A program made the position numbers and the translations under genes. DNA of 64,000 bases, taken from Squalus acanthias (taxonomy: Eukaryota). The notes beneath the pieces are model-generated. The model worked only from the letters and a program-made list of their open reading frames with translations. It did not search any database and had not been told where the DNA came from. Location: contig CM059432.1 of assembly GCA_030390025.1 (NCBI GenBank), positions 150,352,001 through 150,416,000 on the forward strand. Direction: 5' to 3'. Positions 1 through 12,703 of this stretch are shown one piece after another; within the stretch, counting starts at the first letter, position 1, and the number at the start of each line of letters is the position of its first letter.

Positions 1-9
1 TGCAAACCC

Positions 10-1803
10 TTACTTCCCCTCTTTACAGTGCCTTTTCCTAATCTACTGCTCCTATGTAGTCTGTCCCCAGTGACTGCAGCAGGGCTGGTGGAAGGCTGCT
101 GAGTGTCGGTGCCAGAGACTACAGATGGCCTTGCAGGACGCCCTCGACCAGCTCTGAGCCTGGAGGGCCCGGCTGTAGACTGCACCACCTCAGGCTGGGC
201 GGCGGCAGTCTGGCCTGGCTGGATGACAGGCAGCGACAAGGGCAATGGTGGAGTGCCAGTGGTGGGAGCAGGAATGCTGTCATCCTGAGAGAGGACAGCA
301 GGTTCCTGCTCGACTGACACACTGCCACTCCCCCAGGGCAGCACCTCAGCATCCCTACCAATCTGCTGGAGCACAGATTGCTGGCCTGCTGCGACACCGT
401 GAAAGCCCTGGTGGACCCAGCGACGATGGCAGCAGTCAGAGCTTTCGTGGCATCAAGCTGAGACTGCATGAGAGCAGTCTGAGACTCGATGGCAGCAACC
501 ATTGACTGCATTACAGCACTAAGACGTTGCGTGACTTCCACCTGTGCTGCAATGGATGCTGCCATATCGCCCATGACACGCGGCATGAGGTCTGGGTCTC
601 CACGGTCTCTCAGGGAGTCCACCATCTTTTGCAGACTGGAAGTGATGGGCTCCATGGTGTGCGTGGAGCTCCGTGCAATGTTGGAGGCGGACTCCTCCAC
701 GCTCCTTACCATTGCCGACAGGCTCTTGGGCACCCTTGCCATTGCACCTATGATCTCTGTGTGCATGCCCATCACCCTTCTTGTGTACGCCTCCTCATCT
801 GAGTCCTGTGCAGCAGAACTCGCGCGCGAACTCCCCCTCCGGGGAGCTGGCTCCCGAGCTACCCTTTCCCCAGTGCATCACCCAGTGCAGACCCCTTTAC
901 TAAACTTGCCTATAAAGATTGCGTAGTCCCAGTATCTGAGGTGGTGCCTGCGGGTGAGACATGCAGTGACGCGGTGCTTTCTTCCTCCTCCTCTTCTACC
1001 GCCTCACTCTCACTGGGAGTGAAAGCATAAAGGCACAAGACTCGTGTTAAGTTGAGGGCAGGGGGCAGGAAGGCAGCAAGGAATGCAGACAGTATAATGA
1101 GCTGGAAAGTGGGAAAAGCTTGTGGTGTGAGGGGGAAGTGGGATGAGAAAAGGAGAGGGGATGAACATACCGTTGTTGCCCCCAAGGAGGTTGACGTCGC
1201 TGACGGCCACGGTGCCCACCACCTGGCACCCAATGAATCTCAACACTCGCTCCTCTAGGTCTGTAAGCTGTTGGATGTCCGCTTCACCCCTGCCTGTTTG
1301 TTGCTGCTCCCTCCTATTGTGGCCCAGCTTGGCCTGCCAGAGAAAGGAAAGTGTATGAGTGAGTGTGCAGCTGTGTGTTTGGGAGATGTGCCTGACATAG
1401 TTGAATAGCTGTGATTGCAGGCAAGGCGTGAGATGTGGATGTGAGTTTGAGTAGGTGGAGATGCTTGGTGGGTGAGTGGTGGGGGTGTGGTGGTTTGTGC
1501 CGTGTGTACAGACTGAGGTTCAGATGCTGGTATGTGGGACTTGTTGAAGCATGTACTCACCCTGACCACCCGAGTGAGGTCATTGAATTTTTTACGGCAC
1601 TGTGTGAGGGTCCTGAGGACCACACTGCTGGCCGAGACGTCCTAGGCCACTTCCCTCCACATTGCCCTGAAGACCTGGGGCAATGGCCTCCTGCCAGTGG
1701 CCAGGTACAGCCCTACCCTCCTTCTTTCGACTATTGCGACCAATGCCTCCAATGCCTGGTTGCTGAAACGGCGAGCTCTCTCCCTGGGACTGGGATCAGC
1801 CAT
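10..1803 (-). pseudogene. Harbinger Myb/SANT-like DNA-binding protein gene, 3 exons, disrupted
   Basis: Exon 1 1803-1561 reads MADPSPRERARRFSNQALEALV...MWREVA*DVSASSVVLRTLTQCRKKFNDLTRVVR, followed by donor GTGAGT. Exon 2 1333-1171 reads AKLGHNRREQQQTGRGEADIQQLTDLEERVLRFIG..., with a CAG acceptor and a G|GTATGT donor. Exon 3 (~1012 to ~10) includes MGMHTEIIGAMARVPKSLS, homologous to MGMHTEMLGALAGLPESLS at 55.2 kb. In-frame stops are present. Confidence 0.8.
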
Positions 1804-1969
1804 GAGGATAAGAGATGTAGCTGGTGAGTTGCTTGGAGGTCGCCTTCAGAGCCAGCAATGGTGAGAATGAGGTTGTGCAGAATGAATGAACTTCCCCTTT
1901 AAGAACTGGAAGGAGCCAGTGTGAATGATGAGTTCCGATTGGAGTGCACCTGAAATTGGTTATCGCTGT

Positions 1970-2130
1970 GCGGGTAGCGCCCCGCTCTCTGGGCGGGTAG
2001 TGCCCCGCTCTCTCTGGGCGGGTAGCGCCCCGCTCTCTCTGGGCGGGTAGCGCCCCGCTCTCTCTGGGCGGGTAGCGCCCCGCTCTCTCTGGGCGGGTAG
2101 CGCCCCGCTCTCTCTGGGCAGGTAGCGCCC
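1970..2130. repeat. 25-bp subterminal tandem repeat (GGGCGGGTAGCGCCCCGCTCTCTCT, ~6 copies)
   Basis: Near-identical units are directly visible inside the Harbinger end. Confidence 0.95.
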
Positions 2131-2996
2131 TAAGTGAGGTGATTAGTGCTTGATTTAGTGCTCCAGTTCTTTCTTGGAGCGCTAACAATCAATTTAGCGA
2201 GAGGTCAGCAGGATTAGTGTCTGGCGCTAATTCTCCAACTTTTTTAAATTAACTGGGGCGTTACCGAATTTCTAGCCCTTTAAAGAACTTGATACTATCC
2301 AGCTCCAATTAAACTCCTAAATTTTCTCTATAGCGTACCTGACAAATGGAACATATTGGTTAATATTGTAGTCACATGACCATCAGCTTTTGTTTCAATT
2401 GGCTGGTAATTACATCACGAAGTATTTAACTGATCTATAGGAATGAATTCCAAGACAGTAATCACTGGCTTGGGACTAATAAGGCACCAAATCAGAAAAG
2501 CAAAGTTTTATACTTATGACCTGGCCACACTGCTTGGTACCATCATCAACATTAAGCAATTGCTTTTAACTTGCTAGGGAGCCCCAAGAAGATTCCTTGT
2601 TTATTTCTATCAGTATGTTTAATGATGTTGAATAACTAGTCCAGGGAATAAAAAAAACTGACATAAAATCTTACCTTAATGCATGTAATGCTATATACAA
2701 TAATGGTATTTAATTGTCTCAGAATTTAAATTAAAAGAATAAAGATCTCATTATGTACAGGTAATAAATACACTGCTGCACTTAAAACAGCAGCTACTCT
2801 TGATGTGACACCACATCACCAGCAATTAATCTAACAGCTAATTTTAACCATACCTGCCCTGCCCGATGGCAAAGGGACACGATCGGATCGGTCGCCATTT
2901 TACATCCCACTGTAGGGCGGTTTGTAAAATGGCTGGCTTATCTGATCACATCAGCTATCCAACAGGCGGGTTAGGCTCACATTGTGCCTGTATTGA

Positions 2997-3025
2997 TGAG
3001 GTGAGGAGAGAGAGAGAGAGGTGAG

Positions 3026-3059
<34 letters not shown>

Positions 3060-3703
3060 TGAGAGAGAGGTGAGGGGAGAGAGAGAGTGAGGGTGAGAAG
3101 AGAGAGAGGGGTGAGGAGAGAGAGAGAGAGGGGTGAGGAGAGCGAGAGAGAGGAGGAGAGAGAGAGAGAGAGAGAGGTGAGGGGGGAGAGAGAGAGAGAG
3201 AGAGGTGAGGAGAGAGAGAGAGGTGAGGAGAGAGAGAGAGGTGAGGAGAGAGAATTGAGGAGAGAGAGTGAGAGAGAAAGAGAGAGAGAGAGGTGAGAAG
3301 AGAGGGAGAGAGAGAGAGAGAGAGAGGGGTGAGAAGAAAGAGAGAGAGAGAGAGGTGAGAAGAGAGGGGGAGAGAGAGAGAGAGAGAGAGGCGAGGAGAG
3401 AGGGAGAAGGGCGAGGAGAGAGAGAGACGGGCGAGGAGAGAGAGAGACGGGCGAGGAGAGAGAGAGACGGGCGAGGAGAGAGAGAGACGAGCGAGGAGAG
3501 AGAGAGAAGGGCGAGGAGAGAGAGAGAGAGAGGGTGAGGAGAGAGAGAGACAAAGAAAGAGAGAGAGGGGTGAGAAGAGAGAGAGAGAGGTGAGAAGAGA
3601 GGGGGAGAGAGAGAGAGAGAGAGGCGAGGAGAGAGGGAGAAGGGCGAGGAGAGAGAGAGAGAGGGTGAGGAGAGAGAGAGAGAGAGAGCGGGTGAGAGAG
3701 GGT

Positions 3704-3747
<44 letters not shown>

Positions 3748-3811
3748 GTGAGGAGAGAGCGGGAGAGAGAGAGCGGGAGAGAGAGGGTGAGGAGAGAGAG
3801 AGAGAGAGGGT

Positions 3812-3854
<43 letters not shown>

Positions 3855-4168
3855 GAGGAGAGAGAGAGAGAGAGAGGGTGAGGAGAGAGAGAGGGTGAGA
3901 GAGAGAGGGTGAGAGAGAGAGAAGGTGAAGAGAAAGAGAGTGAGGGGAGAGAGAGAGAGAGAGAAAGAGAAGGGTGGAGAGAGAGAGAGAGAGAGAGAAG
4001 GGTGAGGGGAGAGAGAGAGAAGGGTGAGGGGAGAGAGAGAGAGAGAGGTGAGGGGAGAGAGAGAGAGAGAGGTGAGGAGAGAGAGAGAGGTGAGGAGAGA
4101 GAGAGAGGTGAGGAGAGAGAATTGAGGAGAGAGAGTGAGAGAGAAAGAGAGAGAGAGAGGTGAGAAGA

Positions 4169-4203
<35 letters not shown>

Positions 4204-4676
4204 GAGAAGAAAGAGAGAGAGAGAGAGAGGTGAGAAGAGAGGGGGAGAGAGAGAGAGAGGCGAGGAGAGAGGGAGAAGGGCGAGGAGAGAGAGAGAAGGG
4301 CGAGGAGAGAGAGAGACGGGCGAGGAGAGAGAGAGACGGGCGAGGAGAGAGAGAGACGGGCGAGGAGAGAGAGAGACGAGCGAGGAGAGAGAGAGACGAG
4401 CGAGGAGAGAGAGAGAAGGGCGAGGAGAGAGAGAGAGAGAGAGGGTGAGGAGAGAGAGAGAGACAAAGAAAGAGAGAGAGGGGTGAGAAGAGAGAGAGAG
4501 AGAGGTGAGAAGAGAGGGGGAGAGAGAGAGAGAGGCGAGGAGAGAGAGAGACGAGCGAGGAGAGAGGGAGAAGGGCGAGGAGAGAGAGAGAGAGGGTGAG
4601 GAGAGAGAGAGAGAGCGGGTGAGAGAGAGAGAAGGATGAGGAGAGAGCGGGAGAGAGAGAGCGGGAGAGAGAGGGT

Positions 4677-4712
<36 letters not shown>

Positions 4713-4923
4713 GTGAGGAGAGAGCGGGAGAGAGAGAGCGGGAGAGAGAGGGTGAGGAGAGAGAGAGAGAGAGGGTGAGGAGAGAGAGAGAGAGAGAGGG
4801 TGAGGAGAGAGAGAGAGCGAGAGGGTGAGGAGAGAGAGAGGGTGAGATAGAGAGAGGGTGAGAGAGAGAGAAGGTGAAGAGAAAGAGAGTGAGGGGAGAG
4901 AGAGAGAGAGAGAAAGAGAAGGG

Positions 4924-4958
<35 letters not shown>

Positions 4959-5477
4959 GTGAGGGGAGAGAGAGAGAGAGAAGGGTGGAGAGAGAGAGAG
5001 AGAGAGAGAGAAGGGTGAGGGGAGAGAGAGAGAGAGAGGGAGAGAGAGAGAGAGAGAGGGAGAGGGAGAGAGAGAGAGAGAGAGAAAGGGTGAGGAGAGA
5101 GGGAGAAGGAGAGAGAGAGGGAGAGAGAGAGGGAGAGAGAGAGGGAGAGAGGGAGAGGGAGAGAGAGAGGGAGAGAGAGAGAGGGAGAGAGATAGGGAGA
5201 GAGATAGGGAGAGAGATAGGGAGAGAGAGAGAGGGAGAGAGAGGGAGAGAGAGGAGAGAGAGTGAGGAGAGAGAGGTGAGGAGAGAGAGGTGAGGAGAGA
5301 GAGCGAGAGAGAGAGAGAGAGGTGAGAAGAGGGGGGAGAGAGAGAGAGAGAGAGTGGCGAGGAGAGAGAGAGACGGGCGAGGAGAGAGAGAGACGGGCGA
5401 GGAGAGAGAGACGGGCGAGGAGAGAGAGACGGGCGAGGAGAGAGAGAGAAGGGCGAGGAGAGAGAGAGAAGGGCAAG

Positions 5478-5509
<32 letters not shown>

Positions 5510-5633
5510 AGAGAAGGGTGAGGGGAGAGAGAGAGAGAGAGAAGGGTGAGGGGAGAGAGAGAGAGAGAGAAGGGCGAGGAGAGAGAGAGGGAGAGAGAGA
5601 GAGGGGGAGAGAGAGAGAGAGGGAAGAGAGAGA

Positions 5634-5669
<36 letters not shown>

Positions 5670-5910
5670 GTGAGGAGAGAGGGAGAGGCAGAGAGAGAGG
5701 GAGAGAGAGAGAGAGAGGGAGAGAGAGAGGGAGAGAGATAGGGAGAGAGAGAGGGAGGGAGAGAGAGAGGGAGGGAGAGACGAGAGAGAGAGAGACGAGA
5801 GAGAGAGGGAGAGAGAGAGGGAGGGAGAGAGAGAGAGTGAGGAGAGAGAGTGAGGAGAGAGAGGTGAGGAGAGAGAGAGAAAGAGAGAGAGAGAGAGCTG
5901 AGAAGAGAGG

Positions 5911-5945
<35 letters not shown>

Positions 5946-6026
5946 GAGGAGAGAGAGAGACGGGCGAGGAGAGAGAGAGACGGGCGAGGAGAGGGAGAGA
6001 AGGGCGAGGAGAGAGAGAGAAGGGCA

Positions 6027-6063
<37 letters not shown>

Positions 6064-6128
6064 GGTGAGAGAGAGAGAGAGAGAAGGGTGAGGAGAGAGC
6101 GGGAGAGAGAGAGCGGGAGAGAGAGGGT

Positions 6129-6171
<43 letters not shown>

Positions 6172-6439
6172 GAGGAGAGAGAGAGAGCGAGAGGGTGAGG
6201 AGAGAGAGAGGGTGAGAGAGAGAGAAGGTGAAGAGAAAGAGAGTGAGGGGAGAGAGAGAGAGAGAAAGAGAAGGGTGGAGAGAGAGAGAGAGAGAGAGAA
6301 GGGTGAGGGGAGAGAGAGAGAGAGAAGGGTGAGGGGAGAGAGAGAGAGAGAGAGAGAAGGGTGAGGGGAGAGAGAGAAGGGTGAGGGGAGAGAGAGAGAA
6401 GGGCGAGGAGAGAGAGAGAGCGAGAGGGCGAGGAGAGAG

Positions 6440-6509
<70 letters not shown>

Positions 6510-7115
6510 GTGAGGAGAGAGGGAGAGGCAGAGAGAGAGGGAGAGAGAGAGGGAGAGAGAGAGAGGGAGAGAGAGAGGGAGAGAGATAGGGAGAGAGAGA
6601 GGGAGGGAGAGAGAGAGGGAGGGAGAGACGAGAGAGAGAGAGACGAGAGAGAGAGGAGAGAGAGAGAGGGAGGAGAGAGAGAGAGTGAGGAGAGAGAGTG
6701 AGGAGAGAGAGTGAGGAGAGAGAGAGGAGAGAGAGGAGAGAGAGAGCGAGAGAGAGAGGGGGAGAGAGAGAGGGGAGAGAGAGAGAGAGAGAGAGAGTGG
6801 CGAGGAGAGAGAGAGACGGGCGAGGAGAGAGAGAGACGGGCGAGGAGAGGGAGAGAAGGGCGAGGAGAGAGAGAGAAGGGCAAGGAGAGAGAGAGAGAGA
6901 GAGAGAGAGAGCGGGTGAGAGAGAGAGAGAGAGAGAAGGGTGAGGAGAGAGCGGGAGAGAGAGAGCGGGAGAGAGAGGGTGAGGAGAGAGAGAGAGAGAG
7001 AGAGAGGGTGAGGAGAGAGAGAGAGCGAGAGGGTGAGGAGAGAGAGAGGGTGAGAGAGAGAGAAGGTGAAGAGAAAGAGAGTGAGGGGAGAGAGAGAGAG
7101 AGAAAGAGAAGGGTG

Positions 7116-7146
<31 letters not shown>

Positions 7147-7953
7147 GTGAGGGGAGAGAGAGAGAGAGAAGGGTGAGGGGAGAGAGAGAGAGAGAGAGAG
7201 AGAAGGGTGAGGGGAGAGAGAGAAGGGTGAGGGGAGAGAGAGAGAAGGGCGAGGAGAGAGAGAGAGAGAAGGGCGAGGAGAGAGAGAGGGAGAGAGAGAG
7301 AGAGGGAGAGAGAGAGAGAGGGGGTGAGGGAGAGAGAGAGAGAGGGAGAGAGAGAGAGAGAGAAAGGGTGAGGAGAGAGAGAGGGAGAGAGAGAGAGAGG
7401 GAGAGAGAGAGGGAGAGAGAGGGAGGGAGAGAGAGAGGGAGAGAGAGAGAGAGGGAGAGAGAGAGGGAGAGAGAGAGGGAGAGAGAGAGGAGAGACGGGA
7501 GAGAAAGAGAGAGGGAGAGAGAGGGAGAGAGAGAGGGAGAGACGAGAGAGAGAGGGAGAGAGAGAGGGAGGGAGAGAGGGAGAGAGAGAGGGAGAGAGAG
7601 AGAGAGGGAGAGAAAGAGGGAGAGAAAGAGGGAGAGAGAGAGGGAGAGACGAGAGAGAGAGAGAGAGGGAGAGAGAGGGAGAGAGAGGGAGAGAGAGGGA
7701 GAGAGAGGGAGAGAGAGGGAGAGAGAGAGGGAGAGAGAGAGAGAGGGAGAGAGAGAGAGAGGGAGAGAGAGAGGGAGAGAGAGAGGGAGACGAGAGAGAG
7801 GGAGAGAGAGAGGGAGGGAGAGAGAGAGGGAGAGAAAGGGTGAGGAGAGAGAGAGGGAGAGAGAGAGAGGGAGAGAGAGAGGGAGAGAGAGAGGGAGGAG
7901 AGAGGGGAGGGAGAGAGGGAGGGAGAGAGGGAGGGAGAGAGGGAGGGAGAGAG

Positions 7954-7984
<31 letters not shown>

Positions 7985-8611
7985 AGAGACGAGAGAGAGA
8001 GGGAGAGAGAGGAGGGAGAGAGAGAGAGAGGGAGAGAGAGGGAGAGAAGGGTGAGGAGAGAGAGAGAGAGAGAGAAGGGTGAGGAGAAAGTGAGTGAGAG
8101 AGGGTGAGGAGAGAGAGAGAGAAAGGCTGAGGAGAGAGAGAGAGAGAGCGGAGGAGAGAGAGAGAGAGAGCGGGTGAGAGAGAGAGAGAAGGGTGAGGAG
8201 AGAGCGGGAGAGAGAGAGCGGGAGAGAGAGGGTGAGGAGAGAGAGAGAGAGAGAGGGGTGAGGAGAGAGAGAGAGAGCGAGGGGTGAGGAGAGAGAGAGA
8301 GGTGAGAGAGAGAGAAGGTGAAGAGAAAGAGAGTGAGGGGAGAGAGAGAGAGAGAAAGAGAAGGGTGGAGAGAGAGAGAGAGAGAGAAGGGTGAGGGGAG
8401 AGAGAGAGAGAGAAGGGTGAGGGGAGAGAGAGAGAGACAAGGGTGAGGGGAGAGAGAGAGAGAAGGGTGAGGGGAGAGAGAGAGAGAAGGGTGGAGAGAG
8501 AGAGAGAAGGGTGAGGGGAGAGAGAGAGAGAGAGAAGGGCGAGGAGAGAGAGAGGGAGAGAGAGGGGTGAGGAGAGAGAGAGGGAGAGAGAGAGAGAGGG
8601 AGAGAGAGAGG

Positions 8612-8642
<31 letters not shown>

Positions 8643-9290
8643 AGAGAGAGGGAGAGAGAGAGGGAGAGACGAGAGAGAAAGGGAGAGAGAGGGAGAGAGA
8701 GAGGGAGGGAGAGAGAGAGGGAGGGAGAGAGGGAGAGAGGGAGGGAGAGAGGGAGAGAGGGAGGGGGAGAGAGACGGAGAGAGAGAGAGAGGGAGAGAGA
8801 GAGAGAGAGAGAGAGAGGGGTGGAGAGAAAAAGGGGTGGAGAGAGAGGGGTGGAGAGAGAGAGGGGTGGAGAGAGAGAGGGGTGGGAGAGAGAGAGGGTG
8901 GTGGAGAGAGAGAGAGGGGTGGAGAGAGAGAGGGGTGGAGAGAGAGAGAGAGGGGTGGAGAGAGAGAGGGGTGGAGAGAGAAAGAGGGGTGGAGAGAGAA
9001 AGAGGGGTGGAGAGAGAAAGAGGGGTGGAGAGAGAGAGGGGTGGAGAGAGAAAGAGGGGTGGAGAGAGAGAGAGGGGTGGAGAGAGAGGGGCGAGGAGAG
9101 GGAGAGAGAGAGAGAGAGAGAGAGAAGGGCGAGGAGAAAGAGAGGGGTGAGGAGAGAGAGAGAGAGAGAGAGGGGTGAGGAGAGAGAGAGAGAGAGAGAG
9201 AGAGAAGAGTGAGGAGAAAGCGAGTGAGAGAGGGTGAGGAGAGAGAGAAAGGGTGAGGAGAGAGAGAGAGAGAGAGAGAGCGAGAAAGAA
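2997..9290. repeat. 6.3-kb polypurine (GA)n-based complex satellite with GGTGA/GGCGA/GGTGGA interruptions
   Basis: The + strand is almost entirely purine. Rare marker words recur at roughly 0.85-1.35 kb spacing. Confidence 0.98.
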
Positions 9291-9692
9291 AGAAAGACAG
9301 ACCTGCATTTTTATAGCGCCTTTCACGACCACCGGACGTCCCAAAGCGCTTTTCAGCCAATGAACTACTTTTTGAAGTGTAGTCACTGTTGTAATGTAGC
9401 CAATTTGCGCACAGCAAGCTTCCACAAACAGCAATGTGATAATGACCAGATAATCTGTTTTTAGTGATGTTGGTTGAGGGATAAATATTGGCCCCAGAAC
9501 ACCGGGGAGAACTCCCCTGCTGTTCCTCGAAATAGTGCCATGGGATCTTTTACACCCACCTGAGAGAGCAGACGGGGCCTCGGTTTAACGTCTCATCCGA
9601 AAGACGGCACCTCCGACAGTGCAGCACTCCCTCAGCACTGCACTGGAGTGTCAGCCTAGCTTTATGTGCTCAAGTCTCTGGAGTGGAACTTG
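9283..9692 (-). mobile_element. tRNA-derived Deu-type SINE (SacSINE1-like), 5'-truncated
   Basis: Reverse complement contains the Deu core CTTTCGGATGAGACGTTAAACCGAGG...AAAGATCCCATGGCAC and the tail GCGCTATAAAAATGCAGGTCTGTCTTTC. Confidence 0.85.
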
Positions 9693-10102
9693 AGAGAAAG
9701 AGAAGGGTGAGGAGAGAGAGAGGTGGGAGAGGGGAGAGAGATGGACAAGGAGAGACAGAGAAGGGTGAGGTAAGAGAGAAGTGCGGAATGAGCAGGGCAA
9801 GGAGAGAGATGGGGAAGCAGGAGAGGGGAAACGAGAGACGGGGAAGAAAGAAGGAGATGGGAGGGGGTAGGGGAAGTGAAAGCAGAGGGGAAGGGAAGGT
9901 GAAGTTAGGGAGAGAGGAGTGTAAGGGGCTCCAGAAATGATATGGAGGAGGCTACTAATTTACTGTTGACACTGAACAATGTTACAAGGGAGATAAATGA
10001 CATGCCAAGGGAATAGACAAGTGGGTGAATTAGCGAACAGCAGGTGAATTTTAAATTAATAAATGTAATGCACGTTGGAGCAGGAAATTATCAACAAGGG
10101 AT

Positions 10103-10220
10103 TGGCTGCTGTGTTTCCTATATTACAACAGTGACCACACTTCAAAAAAGTACTTCACTGGCTGAAACGTGCTTTGGGATATCCTGAGGTTGTGAAAGGT
10201 GTTATGTAAATGCAAGTTTG
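10103..10220 (+). mobile_element. Deu-SINE 3' fragment
   Basis: TTGGCTGCTGTGTTTCCTATATTACAACAGTGAC...TAAATGCAAG matches the 3' part of full-length copies in the window. Confidence 0.75.
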
Positions 10221-10526
10221 TTCAATTATCAAGAATAAGCTAAGTTGCTCCATAGAATACAGTGGTTGCTGTACTGCTGAGACAATGCAGCAGTCAACTG
10301 TAGAATACAAGCTGGTAGCCCAACTAGTTAAAATATACATACATACATACATATAGCCATTCCCTAAGTTGCCTCAAACTCTGGCTGAGTGATAACAGTT
10401 GATTAACTATTACAAGTACTAATGTAATCTAATGCATTGCATTGATCATATGACTGGTACAAAAGCTATGAGGTCCCATTTTATTCAGTACTTTGTACAT
10501 AATATCCTGTTAACGTGAAAACACTT

Positions 10527-11333
10527 GGGGCGATTTTGCCAGCCCTGGGGTGGTGGGACTGCCGGGAAAATGGCAGAAACTGGGAGCGGGTACCGAACCC
10601 GCCTCCATGCCATCTTCCCAGGAGGCGGGTCCCCGACTTGTGCAGGGACCCGTCTCCTCGAGGCGGGAAGGGGATTACAGCCACTTAACAGGTAGTTAAC
10701 AGGCTTTTAAGAGGATTATCCCCATTTTACCAACACAAGTGCGGCTTCCCGACGTCGGGAAACCCCGCCAGGGTCAGTGAGGCGAGCAGTGGGTCTGTGG
10801 GGGTTGGAGGGTTCGAAAAGTGCGCTGTAGAGGTGAGTGATGGGTGCAATTGTGGAGCGGTAAGTATGAGAGGTGAGTGAAAAGTGTCAGAAAAAGTTTC
10901 CTTACCTTTGCTTCTTTCTGCAGGCTTCAACCGTTGGGGATCCGGAGGTGCCGCATCTCCACGGCAGAGATGACAGAATGGCTGCTACATTCTCCGATGC
11001 AACAACCATCTGATTTCTGCACAGGAAAGAGGTTTGGTGAGTCTCGAGTACAAGGACTCACCAAAGAACAGAGAATGTCAGTGTATGACAGCTTCTCAAA
11101 GCTGTCAAACGATGACAATTCATCTGTCAAAAATTTTTGACAGATAAAACGCCATACGCTGACGTTCTCTGTCACCGGCTTTCCTTAATTGGCCTGCTAA
11201 ACCCGCTGGGCGGGCTTAACAAGGTCAATCAAGGGAAAATAGCGTGGGTTGGCCAGACGTTGTTGGGGGCGGGACTGAAACCCGACAAGCAGCAGTCCCG
11301 CCCCCAACGTGCCCCCATTGATAAAATTCCCCC
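10527..11333. mobile_element. Harbinger-type MITE (~0.8 kb)
   Basis: Ends GGGGCGATTTT and AAAATTCCCCC form an imperfect TIR, with GC-rich GGCGGG subterminal motifs. The TSD is not resolved. Confidence 0.6.
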
Positions 11334-12252
11334 AAAGAGTTTTGATGAAGCCTGATTTCTATTCTGTTGCTCACTTAATCAACTAAAACAGAATAGCTGA
11401 TCCAAGTCAGACCAGACGGTAACATCTTGTGGTGCATACACTGAAACCCACGTTCAATCCACAGGGGGAAACATTCAGTTTTCAAATACCATTTAAAAAT
11501 ATCAATAATTTTCAAGCATTACTGATAAGTTCACAGAATGCGAACTCGAAAATATAAAGGAGCAAATATTCTTCCTAAATGGCCCATCTTTATCAGATAA
11601 AAGTGTTTAGAGATGAAACATTAATCAGCATGGCATGGGGCGTGATGCTGGAATGTGTGGTGGATGATAAAAAGTGATTGCTTTGTTATTATTGTCAGCT
11701 GGGTACAGAACTGTACCAAGCATTTTCCCAATAATTCTTCAGTTAGGTGTGCAAAACCATTAAGTGATTCCAAAGCAGCAGGATTTTGAAAATTTCTCCT
11801 TTGCAAAAATTGCTTAAAAGTCAATACCTGGATGATTTTTGCCTCTTGTCTCTATTGCCTGAGCACACTTAAGGTATCCAGAGCAATCGAGCAACGAGGC
11901 CTGCAACACCAGTGCATGTATCTCGACTTGTGTATGTCTGTTTTTCATAAACCTACAAATAACCCCTTTTTGTCCTTCATTTCTTTTGAAGCACCCAAAA
12001 GGTTACACATGTGAGACAGAATAAACATTTCAAAAGTGAGACATTGAAACCAAGACAGTTAGGGTCAGCCTCAGTGACATCCGTAGCTCACTGGCCGGAT
12101 ATATTCGACACGTTTACATACAATGTTTATGTTATTTGTCCCTTCTATTCGCCTCCTTTCTCTTCTGAAAGCGATTGAGCTTCCAGTTGCCTAACTGGGG
12201 ATTCTTTGCTCAGGAGCCTAAAAAATGCTTGAATAGCCAACAGGCTATTCAC

Positions 12253-12703
12253 AGACAGACAGACTTGCATTTATATAGCGCCTTTCACGACCACCGGACA
12301 TCCGAAAGCACTTTGCAGCCAATGAAGTCACTGTTGTAATGTAGGAAACGCAGCAGCCAATTTGTGCACAGCAAGCTCCCACAAACAGCAATGTGATAAT
12401 GATCAGATAATCTGTTTTTGTTATGTTGATTGAGGGATAAATATTGGCCAGGACACAGGGTATAACTCCCCTGTTCTTCTTCGAAACAGTGCCACGGGAT
12501 CTTTTATGTCCACCTGAGAGAGCAGACGGGGACTCGGTTTAACGTCTCATCCAAAAGATGGAACCTCTGACAGTGCAGCACTCCCTCAGTACTGCACTGG
12601 AATATGAGCCTAGATTTTTGTGCTCAAGTCTCTGGAGTGGGACTTGAACCCACAACCTTCTGACTCAGAGGCGAGGGTGCTACCCACTGAGCCACAGCTG
12701 ACA
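12253..12703 (-). mobile_element. Full-length Deu-SINE (SacSINE1-like)
   Basis: On the minus strand: tRNA-like head (TGTGGCTCAGTGGG A-box, GGTTCAAGTCC B-box), Deu core, and L2-like tail followed by TCTG repeats. Confidence 0.9.

Larger units (their letters stand above)
1..2278 (-). mobile_element. PIF/Harbinger DNA transposon, Myb-gene end (continues beyond window start)
   Basis: Terminus GAATTTCTAGCCC (to 2278) matches the GGGC(T/C)WGAAATT-type TIRs elsewhere in the window. It carries a spliced Myb/SANT-like gene homologous to the one at 53.4-56.0 kb. Confidence 0.85.

Noticed and set aside
2951..9434. 1800-2160-aa S/L/P-rich ORFs (-) and R/E/G-rich ORFs (+)
   Set aside because: Artefacts of the (GA)n/(CT)n satellite, which lacks stops on the CT strand. 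All three minus frames are open at once.
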